The translations under genes were made by a program, and so were the position numbers. Positions 19,801-29,402 of a DNA stretch of 64,000 bases are shown one piece after another. Within the stretch, counting starts at the first letter, position 1. Every line of letters starts with the position of its first letter. The stretch lies in the sequence record MK268344.1; one strand, 5' to 3'. The notes below the pieces were generated by a model. It was not told the DNA's origin. It ran no database searches and saw only the letters and a program-made list of their open reading frames with translations.

Positions 19801-21512
19801 TCTAGACCATCTACGTTAGCTTCAGCAGTTACACCAGTAACGGAACCAGTTACTACTAAATCTTTGACGGTTACAGTTTGACCAGTTACATTTACATCGC
19901 CACCAAAAGAGGCATTTCCGGTTACAGATGCAGTGCCACCTACAGTTAGGTTGGTTCCAACTTTAGTTGTAGTTTTAGATTCTAGAGTTTCACCAACAAC
20001 ACCAGCAGCAGTTGTTACTGAGTTTGGTGTTAGGTCTTGACCAGAAACATCAACAGTTAGACCAGTTACAGTACCAGTGAAATCAACATCACCAAGAATT
20101 GACTTACCAGTTACTTCCAATTGTGGTGATGCAGTACCAATTGTACTATTACCAGCAATTTTTAAGTAATCAATAGTTGCTTTACCAATAGCATGTAGAC
20201 CTTCAGTACCACCAACAACACCGATTTCAGCGGAATTAGTTTTTAGTTCTTTACCAAGGAAGTTGTTAGAACTAATTTGATATGGCTCAATACTTGATTT
20301 AATATCAGTTGGGCGATTCTCATCAGAATAAGCAAATTGAATAATACCGTGATTACCACCAGTGCCATCTCGAACAGTAATAGTACTGAATGATGCGATG
20401 GAGGTTGTAGAACCAGTAATGTTTCCACCTACGGATACACCACCCTGTAGTTGAGATAAACCAGAAACAGTTAGAGAATCTACATTTAGATCACTAAAGG
20501 ATAGACCTGTTACAGAACCAGTAATTTCTAAATCACCAACAGTTGTTTTACCAGTGAAAATTGATTTACCAGCAACTTGTAGTTGTGTTTGATCACCAAT
20601 AGTACTGTTACCAGTAATGTTTAGATAATCAATGTTTGCTCTACCGATAGCATGTAGTCCTTCAGTACCACCAACAACACCGATTTCAGCAGCATTAGAT
20701 TTGATATTTTTACTTAGGAAATAGTTAGAACTAATTTGATATGGTTCAACACTTGATTTAATATCAGTTGGGCGAGATGGGTCAGCATAATCGAAATCGA
20801 TAATAGCATCAGCACCACGCATATATAGGTGTTTTAGGTTCATAGTACTATTAGATGCGGTAATATTACCGGTAATAGTTGTAGTACCTTTAATGTTTAC
20901 GTTGTTTAGATCACTTAATTGTGCTACTTTAATGCTGTTAAAATTACCAGCATCCATTGTGTAGTTACCTGAAAGTGTACCGTTAATAACAACATCACCA
21001 AAGGTACTTGCACCTGTAACATTTAGTGTTCCACCGATTACTGAATCACCATTTACTTTTAATGTATCAGTTTCTAAATCTTTCATCGTAGCTTTTGTAC
21101 CAGTTCCCATTACTAGGTCACCGTTTAATTGAGATTCACCAGCTACGGTTAATGAATCAACAGAAGTTGCTTTAAATGCAGCAGTTCCGGTAGTTTGTGT
21201 GACGTTACCGTTTAAAGTCACAGGTGCATCAAATGTGCTTGTGGCTTTTACATTTAGTGTATCTGTACTTGCATCGCCTAATGTGGTATTACCGGATACT
21301 GAGACAGTAGTTAGTGCTGCTGTTCCAGTAGATGTAATATCTTTAAGGTTAGCTGTTCCAGAAACGTCAATTTGGGTAAACGTTGCATGTGCAAAGTCCA
21401 CCGTACCTTCAACTTTAAGATCACCTTTAACGACAGCATTACCTTTAACAAGTAGATCTTTATTGATTGTACCATTCCCAGAAACGTCTAGATCAGTTTT
21501 AATAGAATACAT
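16830..21512 (-). CDS. Long tail fibre / beta-helical repeat virion protein (1560 aa)
   Basis: Many short V/I-x-G-x-L-x-V repeats rich in T/G/S/V, a distinct non-repetitive C-terminal domain, and a downstream chaperone-like gene. Confidence 0.7.
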   Translation of the reverse strand: MYSIKTDLDVSGNGTINKDLLVKGNAVVKGDLKVEGTVDFAHATFTQIDVSGTANLKDITSTGTAALTTVSVSGNTTLGDASTDTLNVKATSTFDAPVTLNGNVTQTTGTAAFKATSVDSLTVAGESQLNGDLVMGTGTKATMKDLETDTLKVNGDSVIGGTLNVTGASTFGDVVINGTLSGNYTMDAGNFNSIKVAQLSDLNNVNIKGTTTITGNITASNSTMNLKHLYMRGADAIIDFDYADPSRPTDIKSSVEPYQISSNYFLSKNIKSNAAEIGVVGGTEGLHAIGRANIDYLNITGNSTIGDQTQLQVAGKSIFTGKTTVGDLEITGSVTGLSFSDLNVDSLTVSGLSQLQGGVSVGGNITGSTTSIASFSTITVRDGTGGNHGIIQFAYSDENRPTDIKSSIEPYQISSNNFLGKELKTNSAEIGVVGGTEGLHAIGKATIDYLKIAGNSTIGTASPQLEVTGKSILGDVDFTGTVTGLTVDVSGQDLTPNSVTTAAGVVGETLESKTTTKVGTNLTVGGTASVTGNASFGGDVNVTGQTVTVKDLVVTGSVTGVTAEANVDGLDIAPNSVTSTTYVKSATLEVSGASTLQDVTVKGTISGDAGAAVQVNKLNSAGTITATGNISAPSAQFTGSDVALDVTNNATIGGTLNVTGKTTVGDLTVTGTLIPGNLDLSQTDIASQSITTTGNANIGGDLVVTGTVDLSSADVSVKSLTTPGIVTSTDLVNASKLPVLNSNTITATEIDATDLTVTGQSVVKDLSASGKVTAGSVQTATITNADGITLSNNTTASGDLTVNGTLVLAGALDLSSVDIEAKSIHTTENASFDGNLSVGGTVDLTGADVTAISFTASDTVKTNTFPVLSSTTATIANATVTDLNATTSKVGTLTATGNTTLAGLTAGASVLESATVTGDATINGNITSTNSTVAIDKNTSVTGDLAVSGTLTAGVIDLSTTDVSVKSLDSLGNAHVAGDLTVDGQFDLSATNLQAASLASTGNTTVGADLVLTTGIITGSPKISGTLNVTGATTLAGLNAGSSTLNSATVTTTLNVSGATTLADLSATSATAGTLSTTGKATLNSAEIATNAVVKGNLTIEGILLPQGGLDLTGADIEANSITLAAGASVGSTLNVTGLSTLAGVNSGNHSITGTLNVSGESKLSDVSVGNNLTVTGTTTLTDNLTVNGANTTLKKTKTDNLHVGTLTWDEAKYIAEIGGDVHISGNIDVDGLITADLDLTGRSIAPRQVTTSADVTVGTTLNVIGQSTMASAIIGDVGSVNNNLQINGNTVCTGDFTVQGKIIGTLDQSTSDVVAKSVTASTFVKAATAEITSTSSFGGKVTASAGVSVTGGTTSDTITTTGLATLDSAKVTTSLGVTGDTTVGGTLGVTGETTLSATTISSLTVSGESGFTGKATFVDLESTGSITAKDVTITGTLNTDIADLVTSSVTTSKYEVKAAASEVVGATWTPDGSSNVYNITLSEPTLDIPTFPYRQGYAGSWFIYVTQPAAGGCTINWVPPFGLIGDSKINEAANSVSICQVVYSGVGDKLDVFIAQRNL
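20100..20810 (-). repeat. Internal duplication in the fibre gene (offset 459 nt)
   Basis: Identical 32-mers at 20200-20231 and 20659-20690, and identical 25-mers at 20292-20316 and 20751-20775. Confidence 0.85.
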
Positions 21513-21578
21513 GAAATCCCTCCGTTGGAATTGTTAACTATTATTGTTACGTGTATTTATTTTTTGTTTGGATAAAAT

Positions 21579-21608
21579 ATCCAGAACACGCTAATGTTCT
21601 GGATTTTT
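21579..21608. terminator. Rho-independent terminator
   Basis: atccagaaca-cgctaa-tgttctggat flanked by A and T runs. Confidence 0.7.
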
Positions 21609-21611
21609 ATT

Positions 21612-22493
21612 TTATTTCCCGCTTATTACAACTTTACCACTAAATGGTACGTATGATTTGAATGTAACGTTACCACTAGAATCGATAATACTATCTGTGG
21701 ATATTAAGGAATAAGGTGCGACACCAGTTGCTCCATCAACTACGTTTTCGTAAATTGCTAGATATAGTGGGCCGGACTCTTGTTGGTGAATACTTGCAGG
21801 TACGGATAGTACATACATATCTCCACTTTGCACCCATTGGGCTTTATTGATTGGATTACTATAAGGTGTAGTCATAGTAGTTGCTCCTATAAGTTTGATG
21901 GTGAGATATTCCATTGGTCTTTCAATAGTTTTTAAAGTTATATTACCGATATCATCAAGTAATACTTCAGTCTGGAAACTATTACCAGTGGAATCTTGTA
22001 GCTGGACTAGAACACCAGCACCGCGATTATGAATATTCTCTGGAAGTACATAGGTATACGTATTGTCGGAGCCGTTGAAATCAGTAGGTGAAACAATATG
22101 AGATGTTACATAATCAGAATCAGTAGGCGGTACTGGTTCACTGAAAGGTTTCCACTTCCCTTCATCTTTGATGTATATTTGAACGATATAGTCATCGTCT
22201 ACTTGCATATATACATCACCGTCTTCACCTAAACTAATATCAGGTTCAGAACGTCCACGTAAAATTGGGTTGGCACCGCCACCACCGCCACCACCATGTG
22301 TATTAAAATACCCAAGGGTTACTGCATGGGAAGGTTCCACTGGATCAGCGACACTAATTGGAATTAGTCGTGAACCTTGATAGTTTTGTACTTTGATAGT
22401 ACTGATTGATTCGTCATACGTAAAACGTCCACCGTTTTTACCTAGTATGAACGACTTCTTCATAGTTCCATCTAAGTTTGAAAAAATTGCCAT
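21612..22493 (-). CDS. Virion structural protein (fibre module)
   Basis: GRSEPDISLGEDGDVYMQ motif and two related C-terminal beta modules; GGAG RBS. Confidence 0.5.
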   Translation of the reverse strand: MAIFSNLDGTMKKSFILGKNGGRFTYDESISTIKVQNYQGSRLIPISVADPVEPSHAVTLGYFNTHGGGGGGGANPILRGRSEPDISLGEDGDVYMQVDDDYIVQIYIKDEGKWKPFSEPVPPTDSDYVTSHIVSPTDFNGSDNTYTYVLPENIHNRGAGVLVQLQDSTGNSFQTEVLLDDIGNITLKTIERPMEYLTIKLIGATTMTTPYSNPINKAQWVQSGDMYVLSVPASIHQQESGPLYLAIYENVVDGATGVAPYSLISTDSIIDSSGNVTFKSYVPFSGKVVISGK

Positions 22494-22506
22494 CTTCTAT
22501 GTCTCC

Positions 22507-23622
22507 TTAGATATGATCTGAGATCGGTTCAATTGGAGATTGATATGCAATCGTGATGATGATATTAATCTTACCAGTTGTACTGTTGTTTACGGATTCG
22601 TTAAAAATACAAGAAAGGATCTCATCTTTGTCACTAACCTGATGATTTACTTCATTTACAATGTAACGTTGTGTTGTCCGAATGTCGAAGTAATCATAAG
22701 GTGCAATTACAGTACCATCGATTTCCGATTGAACCGTGCCACCGAAGCGAACTAGCATATCAGTAACATCATTGTTGTATGGTTGTAATACATCAACTTG
22801 AATATTAGTGACAACATATCCAGCAGGACATGTACCTACTACAAGTAATGCGTTAGTGTAGCTTGTATCGATGGTATTAACGATAACTTTAATATCTTTA
22901 CCATCCTTACCCGGATCACCTTTGATGCTATCACCTTTTTCACCTTTCTCACCACGGAAGAGAATCCCTTCACTCCATTGCTTCTGGTTGGTTACTTCGT
23001 TTTCTTCTACGTAGTATAAGTATCCAGTTTTTGAATTATAGAATGTATAATCAACTGGTAGATTACTAATTTGTGGAAAATCTTCACCTTGTGAATCGAT
23101 AATAAATCTACCACGTAAACCCTGTGGCCCACGGAAAGGGAATGGCCCACGCCAATCAGTGGTATCTAAATCATAAATGTAGATATTCCCATCTTCTGTA
23201 TTATAGAAGGTGTATTCGTCAAATAGATTTGTTGTTGGTAATGTAGTACCTGAATCGTCAATTGTAAATGGACGCCCAGAATCACCTTTTGGCCCACGAC
23301 CGAACTCTTCTATGTTCCAAGTTGCAGGACGGATACCCGGTTCTGAGGTTTTAAAGTAGAGTATTGCTTTACCATTAGCTAAACTCAAATAAGTCCAACC
23401 AATTGGTTTGTCAACTTCAAACGAACCATCAGGAATCTCAAATCCAATTAGATTTGGATAAAAGTTAGTACCGTTAGTACCATCATGACCAACAACAAGA
23501 CCTAAGTCATCGATAGTGTTATCAGCGTAAGTTACAATTAAGTGACCCGCACTGTTAATGTGGAACTTTGCTCCAGCACTATTACATGAACTAATTGACC
23601 CATTATTGAATGAAATTGTCAT
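22507..23622 (-). CDS. Collagen-like repeat structural protein
   Basis: GPKGDSG, GPQGLRG and GEKGEKGDSIKGDPGKDGKD. AAGGA RBS favours a start at MTISF (23622). Confidence 0.6.
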   Translation of the reverse strand: MTISFNNGSISSCNSAGAKFHINSAGHLIVTYADNTIDDLGLVVGHDGTNGTNFYPNLIGFEIPDGSFEVDKPIGWTYLSLANGKAILYFKTSEPGIRPATWNIEEFGRGPKGDSGRPFTIDDSGTTLPTTNLFDEYTFYNTEDGNIYIYDLDTTDWRGPFPFRGPQGLRGRFIIDSQGEDFPQISNLPVDYTFYNSKTGYLYYVEENEVTNQKQWSEGILFRGEKGEKGDSIKGDPGKDGKDIKVIVNTIDTSYTNALLVVGTCPAGYVVTNIQVDVLQPYNNDVTDMLVRFGGTVQSEIDGTVIAPYDYFDIRTTQRYIVNEVNHQVSDKDEILSCIFNESVNNSTTGKINIIITIAYQSPIEPISDHI

Positions 23623-23728
23623 ATATATTTCCTTATGAGTTATTGTCATATTATGAATATTTATCACCTAAAATAACATTTGACTTCCAATAAATACTTT
23701 AAAGTACATTTTATGAGGGCTAACTATA

Positions 23729-24226
23729 ATGGCTTTAAGATCAAAGAATTTTCTTTTCAGAAGAAAGGATAAAGCAGGAGTTTGGACAGATTTTCAAGAC
23801 TCTGATAGCTGGTATCCAAGCAACGACAACTACTACTGGAATGAAGTGACACTAAATATGCCAGCGGGTGGATATTGGGGAAGTACTACAGGATTACATA
23901 CAATTGCATTTACTCTACGAGAATTTGTAGGTAGAATATATGTAGAAGCTACTCTTGCAAGTGATCCGCAAGAAGAAGATTGGTTCCCAATTAAATTCAC
24001 AGAAAGTTGTAAATATTATATGGAATTTACCGATACACGAATTTATAATTCAAATACTGGTGCTCTTATGACTAAGCACGGTGTAACGGGTACATTCGCA
24101 GAATCATTAACAGGTAACTTCACTTACCTACGTGTTGGAATTGATCGCAACTATATCAGTCACGATCCAACAGATTTTCAAAAACGTATGGCTGGAAAAA
24201 TTGAAGAAATCCAAATAAATTATTAA
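23729..24226 (+). CDS. Hypothetical virion protein
   Basis: 165 aa; GAGG RBS; TAAATA at 23691. Confidence 0.55.
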   Translation: MALRSKNFLFRRKDKAGVWTDFQDSDSWYPSNDNYYWNEVTLNMPAGGYWGSTTGLHTIAFTLREFVGRIYVEATLASDPQEEDWFPIKFTESCKYYMEFTDTRIYNSNTGALMTKHGVTGTFAESLTGNFTYLRVGIDRNYISHDPTDFQKRMAGKIEEIQINY

Positions 24227-24235
24227 GGAAATAAA

Positions 24236-24844
24236 ATGGAATCCAAAATTGAACAACCAAAATTGTTCGTTAAAGGTCACGTACTAATCACGGATGTAAC
24301 TGATCCAGAAAATACAAAAGTACTTCTAGATAAAGCAAACGCAATTCACCCAGAAAATATGAGCCGTGCAATCGCAGATGCGTTGGCTAATAATGTTGAC
24401 AGCTTAGGTGTCAGTATTGGTGCTATTTCTGAAATGCGTTTCGGTAACGGCGGTACTGTAGTTTTAAGTACTGGTCGTGTTACCTACAAAACACCACGTG
24501 TAACATCCTTTGGTGGACTTTACTCAGAAACTTATGCTAAGAAAATTAACCCACGCATTAACGCAGGGATTGATTCACAGTATAACAACATTACAACTAT
24601 GCACATCCCCGGACAAGTATATACCGATATTATTTGTGTTTGTACATTAGGACTAGGTGAGCCATCTGATCAAAATACTAGTTCAAGTACTAATATGGAT
24701 GGTACATATGTTTTTGATGAATTAGGACTTTATACCGATGGTACTAACGGTCTACCTTTAACACATATCATATTCCATCCTGTTGAAAAAAGTGCTAACC
24801 GTGTTCTTCAAGTAAAATACACAGTTCGTGTGCAACTACAATAA
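24236..24844 (+). CDS. Virion structural protein (baseplate/fibre-attachment-like)
   Basis: FDELGL and THIIFHPVEKSANR motifs; AAGGA RBS. Confidence 0.55.
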   Translation: MESKIEQPKLFVKGHVLITDVTDPENTKVLLDKANAIHPENMSRAIADALANNVDSLGVSIGAISEMRFGNGGTVVLSTGRVTYKTPRVTSFGGLYSETYAKKINPRINAGIDSQYNNITTMHIPGQVYTDIICVCTLGLGEPSDQNTSSSTNMDGTYVFDELGLYTDGTNGLPLTHIIFHPVEKSANRVLQVKYTVRVQLQ

Positions 24845-24853
24845 GGATGATAT

Positions 24854-25957
24854 ATGATTAACTATACAATTCATAGAAGTAATGGGAAGATATACGCATC
24901 TATCCCAAATAATACAGTTCTTGGCCCTAACCAACCGAATCAAAACCCAACTGCTATTAACCTAGTTGGGCGTAACAAAGTTGGATATGGTCAAGCATGG
25001 AATGAAAACGCCCTTTGGCAAGCAGAAAACTTTGCAGGTCAATTGGCACCTAAAGGTTCAGTAACAGGTCAAATATGGTATAGATATACTTCTGGTATTG
25101 GGGAACTACTAATTTCGTTGGTTGATAACGCAAGACAACCCGACGCTAGTAATCCAGAAACAGAAAGAGATTGGGCGGCAATCCCAATGATTACGTTGTT
25201 TAATACAGTACCAGATGGCTCTAACTCAATCATGGGTAGAATGGTATTGACAAATAACGGAGATTCTCTTAAAGTACTGATGAAGGATAAGGAGTGGCGT
25301 GAAATTCAAACTACTCGTCCACAAAACAAACAGTATGAATCATTACTAGATATTAACTATGATATCGGAACTAAGTATATTGCCTTTACGCAATCTGCTA
25401 GTACTAAGCCAATTTCATATTTTAACGTTGGTGCAGCGAGTGATGTTACCACTGATGGATATACTATTTTCCAAAACGGTGATGGAGTTTTTCAATTCGG
25501 CTCTAACTATTTTTACGAATTGAAAATTATTGGACGCGAAGTTAGTTTGGTAAATGGGGAAGTTATTTCTATTCCACAAAACTACAAAACATGGTTAATT
25601 AAAGGTTCTTTCTATGTTAATAATAAAGGAACTTTTATTCCGGGAACCACAACAGCATCACAGATTCCAGATCCGCGACAAGTTGCGAACTTAACACAAA
25701 TTATTGACACGATTGATAGTACTCAAGATACTTGGAACGTTAGCGTTAATATTAATGGAATTGACGTTACATTACCGGGAGCTAATGGTACAACACAAGC
25801 TGATTGTGAAAATTATGTATTGGCATCGCTAAACAGTAATAAACATTTGGGGATTCGAATTGATGGTAATGTTTCAGGTTTGAACGTTGGTCAAACTACA
25901 TTAACACAATGGTCAGTCTTTATTAAAATTACTGGTGTCCCGCCGATTGGTGTATAA
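24854..25957 (+). CDS. Baseplate/short fibre-like protein
   Basis: N-terminal LVGRNKVGYG...ENFA...P...GQIWY module typical of fibre-anchoring proteins of large myoviruses. Confidence 0.5.
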   Translation: MINYTIHRSNGKIYASIPNNTVLGPNQPNQNPTAINLVGRNKVGYGQAWNENALWQAENFAGQLAPKGSVTGQIWYRYTSGIGELLISLVDNARQPDASNPETERDWAAIPMITLFNTVPDGSNSIMGRMVLTNNGDSLKVLMKDKEWREIQTTRPQNKQYESLLDINYDIGTKYIAFTQSASTKPISYFNVGAASDVTTDGYTIFQNGDGVFQFGSNYFYELKIIGREVSLVNGEVISIPQNYKTWLIKGSFYVNNKGTFIPGTTTASQIPDPRQVANLTQIIDTIDSTQDTWNVSVNINGIDVTLPGANGTTQADCENYVLASLNSNKHLGIRIDGNVSGLNVGQTTLTQWSVFIKITGVPPIGV

Positions 25958-25960
25958 AAA

Positions 25961-25984
25961 AAAGGTAGTCTATTGACTACCTTT
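25961..25984. terminator. Bidirectional terminator
   Basis: aaaggtagtc-tatt-gactaccttt between convergent genes. Confidence 0.85.
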
Positions 25985-25990
25985 TCTTTT

Positions 25991-26452
25991 TTATATAGGT
26001 AAGCAATTTAAGAACGGCTTGCCATTTTTAATTGAATCCCATAATGAATTGAAATCATGAACTATAGTTGGATTGTATAAAGTACTTTTGGCTCCCGGAT
26101 GTAATGGTTTAGGCCAATTGCCGATTTTAACCCATGCGTATCCAGCACTTTCATCATTTAGTTCAGGAATAAACTCATCAGGTACTACAATAACAAATGA
26201 ATAGTACTTGAACTTTCCATTCTTAGTACAGAAAACATCAAAAGGAATGATATCTTCAATATCAGGAACCGATGTTCCAAGTTCTTCTTCAATTTCTCTA
26301 TGTAGTGCTTCTAGGGGGCTTTCATGATATTCAATCTTTCCACCAACGAAGCCCCAATTGTTAGAGTACGTCACAGTGTCAGAACGAAGATTAAGCATCA
26401 TCCTACCCGTACTTTTAGCTAAAAATATAGCACCGACAGCTTCGTTTGTCAT
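25991..26452 (-). CDS. Nudix hydrolase
   Basis: Nudix box GGKIEYHESPLEALHREIEEELG (GX5EX7REUXEEXG). Confidence 0.9.
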   Translation of the reverse strand: MTNEAVGAIFLAKSTGRMMLNLRSDTVTYSNNWGFVGGKIEYHESPLEALHREIEEELGTSVPDIEDIIPFDVFCTKNGKFKYYSFVIVVPDEFIPELNDESAGYAWVKIGNWPKPLHPGAKSTLYNPTIVHDFNSLWDSIKNGKPFLNCLPI

Positions 26453-26461
26453 AAGTTCTCC

Positions 26462-27799
26462 TTATTCTTTAAAACCAATTCTCCAATAACCAGCACGGTA
26501 CTTGTTCATAATAACACGGTGCCAACCAAACTCGCGATTAAAGCGGTAATAGTTTTCATCGTCCATATTATAAACATATCCTTCAATACTGGATGGTTCT
26601 ATTAGTGTTGCACCATCATTTGTAATGATAGCTGCGTAGTTTGGTGGTATTACACTATTCTTATAGTGGATGTTCCTTTCAGAAACATTGATATATATTT
26701 CTTCAGGATGTGCATTTACTAGTTGATTGTCTTCAATTATAAATGTTCGTATACCAAACTTTGAAGTATAGATGGATGAATCAACTTGAACTAATAATTT
26801 ATTAGAACTTTCATCATGACCAACACTTAGTACTTCACTTTTTATTGGAGTTGGGTCTTCTAAAGATGTTAAGAATCTAATTTGTTTCTGTTTACCCTTG
26901 TGAGACTTATCCAAATAGTCAAAATATACTTCCCATGAATAGATTCTACCATTCGCTGATATAGTATTTAATCCTTGTCCAACGAGCGTTAATTCGTACA
27001 CTTCAGTACTCTTGTCACCACTCTCAATTTTATCAACGAGTATTCCCATATTCTTCGGTGTGAACACATCAACCACAATATCATTGTAATCACTTAAGAT
27101 AAAATCTTGTTCAGTGTTTGCAATTTGCATATTTGTAACAATTTGCTCAATCAATTTAGGTTTTGAGACCTTCGCAGGTAGACTCATCCATATTTGACAT
27201 TTGAAAGTCATTGTGGCAATATCTAAATCAGTGTCAGTACCTTGCGGAACAGCACGAGAACTGAATTGTGTGTCGATCAACTCTACATCTGTGAGAGAAC
27301 ACCAATCAAGTGGATTCTCTGAGGTCTGTAAAGTTACGGCTGGAGCAAAAAGACATGCTAATTGCTCTAGAATTTCCATTTTAGTAGTAAGAAGTGTTGT
27401 CCAGATGTTAACACTAAAGGTCAAATCCCAAGGTACAGGGTTAAAACGCTCCACTAAATGCTGTTCAGCCAACTTATTAGTGTATTCATTCTGTGCAGGT
27501 GATACATTTGTACCCAAAACTATCTTTTGTGACCAGTGTGAGCGTACATCCTTACGTGCCATAGTGAAAGAATCAACACTAATAGTCATCATAGGTGAAC
27601 TTTTAGCGACGTTTTCACTATTACCATTGATAATGTACTGTGCCATACGAGAAATGTCTGCGTAACGGCATGGTACTTTACGATATTTTGGATTTCCATC
27701 TTCATCTGAGCCAAAACGCACTTGAAAATCACCAAAAAGTCTGATAAGATGCATTAAAACTCGGTGAAATTGACCATCGTAGTAATATTCTACTTTCAT
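26462..27799 (-). CDS. gp15: Tail terminator / sheath stabiliser (T4 gp15-like), extended
   Basis: YYYDGQF, KVPCRY, ERFNPVPWDLTFSVNIWT, LEQL, and TMTF motifs; adjacent to the neck gene. Confidence 0.75.
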   Translation of the reverse strand: MKVEYYYDGQFHRVLMHLIRLFGDFQVRFGSDEDGNPKYRKVPCRYADISRMAQYIINGNSENVAKSSPMMTISVDSFTMARKDVRSHWSQKIVLGTNVSPAQNEYTNKLAEQHLVERFNPVPWDLTFSVNIWTTLLTTKMEILEQLACLFAPAVTLQTSENPLDWCSLTDVELIDTQFSSRAVPQGTDTDLDIATMTFKCQIWMSLPAKVSKPKLIEQIVTNMQIANTEQDFILSDYNDIVVDVFTPKNMGILVDKIESGDKSTEVYELTLVGQGLNTISANGRIYSWEVYFDYLDKSHKGKQKQIRFLTSLEDPTPIKSEVLSVGHDESSNKLLVQVDSSIYTSKFGIRTFIIEDNQLVNAHPEEIYINVSERNIHYKNSVIPPNYAAIITNDGATLIEPSSIEGYVYNMDDENYYRFNREFGWHRVIMNKYRAGYWRIGFKE

Positions 27800-29292
27800 T
27801 ATTTGTTATCCTTATGTACTCTGTATACAATGTTAGGTTTAACCGCATCTTGTAATGGAACACGGTCTGGTGAGTTGAGGAATCCGGTCATATACTGGTC
27901 TGCACCAGTCCAAGGTAAGCGACCACCGTATTTAAACTGTCTCCACGATTTAGTTTCATCAGAAAACTTCCATAATGTAACAGGTGTGTAGTCAGTACGG
28001 TAGAAGTATTCTCCATCTTGTGGATCACTTGGGAAATTAGTACCTTCACCGACTGTTCCACGTGCTGGTGGAATTTCTTCACGACTATCTTCAGGATTAT
28101 AAATGTTTTCAATGACTTCTTTCGAAGTAAATGATTTTTGGTGCTCTTGTGGTGCAACAATCCATGTTTTATTATCATCTAATACTTGATAAAGTACAGG
28201 TATTGTGTAAAATACATAGAAATCCTCGTTTTCTTCGGGTACAGTGTCTTCTTTTGTGTAAGGAAGATCACAAACTAGCCATCGTTTTTCAGATTTTAAG
28301 TATTGATATAATGTATAACCACACACGGACGAATCATCCTCTTTCATAAAAAAATCGCCATCTTTTGGACGCTTAGGAAATTCCGCACCATGTTTTGTTG
28401 GTACTTCTTCCCATGAAGTGTTGACTTTTTCAAAGAGAACTGGTAAAGTTTCCTTCCAAAAGAACATATTTTTCGATGGTTTCTTTGGAAATGAAGTTCC
28501 GCTGAAGATTTCACGTGCTTCACTATACAAATCAACTCGGTCATTGTATAAATGTTCGTTTGTGTAATGAATATATGGCACTTCATCATCAGCTTTCATA
28601 ATAATTCTATTCATTATGTCAATTTCGTTATTGTAATCGCCTTGTTGACTACCATCACCAGTACTATTTCCGTTTCCATTGTTTGGGTCATCAGGATTGT
28701 CTGGGTAATCATTATTATTAAGTATATCTGCGTATTCTGGACTGTCAGTAAGGGGCTTCACACGTATTTTAAAGATGTGATGTTGCCAAGTGACTGAGTA
28801 CCCTTCTGATGTTCTAAAGGCGTCCTGAACGGTGTAGAAGCGATTTAAACCACTATCTTTACCCATTACATCGAAGTCGCGTAGGTTAGGTAGTTCTATT
28901 ACATCACCGGGCATGATTTTTCTTCCCACACGCTGCATCATTGTGTTATAATGCATCGTAATGTCCATAGTGTTAAAGTTAAAGAACAATCCGGGAATTG
29001 TTAAGTCTGGTGTTGCTTCTTGAATTTGATATACTACTGGAATGGTGATGGCTTCTAGGTTGTAAGCACGATCTGGTGATTCACCAAAAATTAGATCTCC
29101 GATACTTGACACATCAATAGTGTTTCCGCTATAATCAGGTAATGAGGGGTCGCTAGATGTACTAGCATTTTTCGGGCCAATGTAACAGTACAACCACATA
29201 TCGGTTCCACCCATGTTGTATTGGTCTGCAATGGCACCATCGATGAATTTATAATCATCGGTTCTGCCTTTTTTCCACATGCTATATGCCAT
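27799..29292 (-). CDS. gp14: Neck protein (T4 gp14-like) with C-terminal extension
   Basis: DLIFGE..DRAY, PGDVIELP and FYTVQD motifs; TAATG coupling to the gp15-like gene. Confidence 0.65.
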   Translation of the reverse strand: MAYSMWKKGRTDDYKFIDGAIADQYNMGGTDMWLYCYIGPKNASTSSDPSLPDYSGNTIDVSSIGDLIFGESPDRAYNLEAITIPVVYQIQEATPDLTIPGLFFNFNTMDITMHYNTMMQRVGRKIMPGDVIELPNLRDFDVMGKDSGLNRFYTVQDAFRTSEGYSVTWQHHIFKIRVKPLTDSPEYADILNNNDYPDNPDDPNNGNGNSTGDGSQQGDYNNEIDIMNRIIMKADDEVPYIHYTNEHLYNDRVDLYSEAREIFSGTSFPKKPSKNMFFWKETLPVLFEKVNTSWEEVPTKHGAEFPKRPKDGDFFMKEDDSSVCGYTLYQYLKSEKRWLVCDLPYTKEDTVPEENEDFYVFYTIPVLYQVLDDNKTWIVAPQEHQKSFTSKEVIENIYNPEDSREEIPPARGTVGEGTNFPSDPQDGEYFYRTDYTPVTLWKFSDETKSWRQFKYGGRLPWTGADQYMTGFLNSPDRVPLQDAVKPNIVYRVHKDNK

Positions 29293-29332
29293 TTGTTGTC
29301 TCCAAAATGTTTATATATTGGTATTTATTTTT

Positions 29333-29363
29333 TTGGGACAAATGAGATTTTATGTGATATAAT
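29333..29363 (+). promoter_or_regulatory. Phage-specific promoter motif, copy 3
   Basis: TTGGGACAAA-N10-TGTGATATAAT upstream of clpA. Confidence 0.8.
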
Positions 29364-29402
29364 TGATTATGTCGTGCAAAATTCAACGAAGGAGAAGCAC
29401 TT

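Noticed and set aside
17074-21537. Several long + strand ORFs opposite the fibre gene (e.g. 17074..17715, 19306..19674, 21199..21537)
   Set aside because: Antisense shadows of a T/G/V/S-rich repetitive gene; V/P/T-biased and without RBS.
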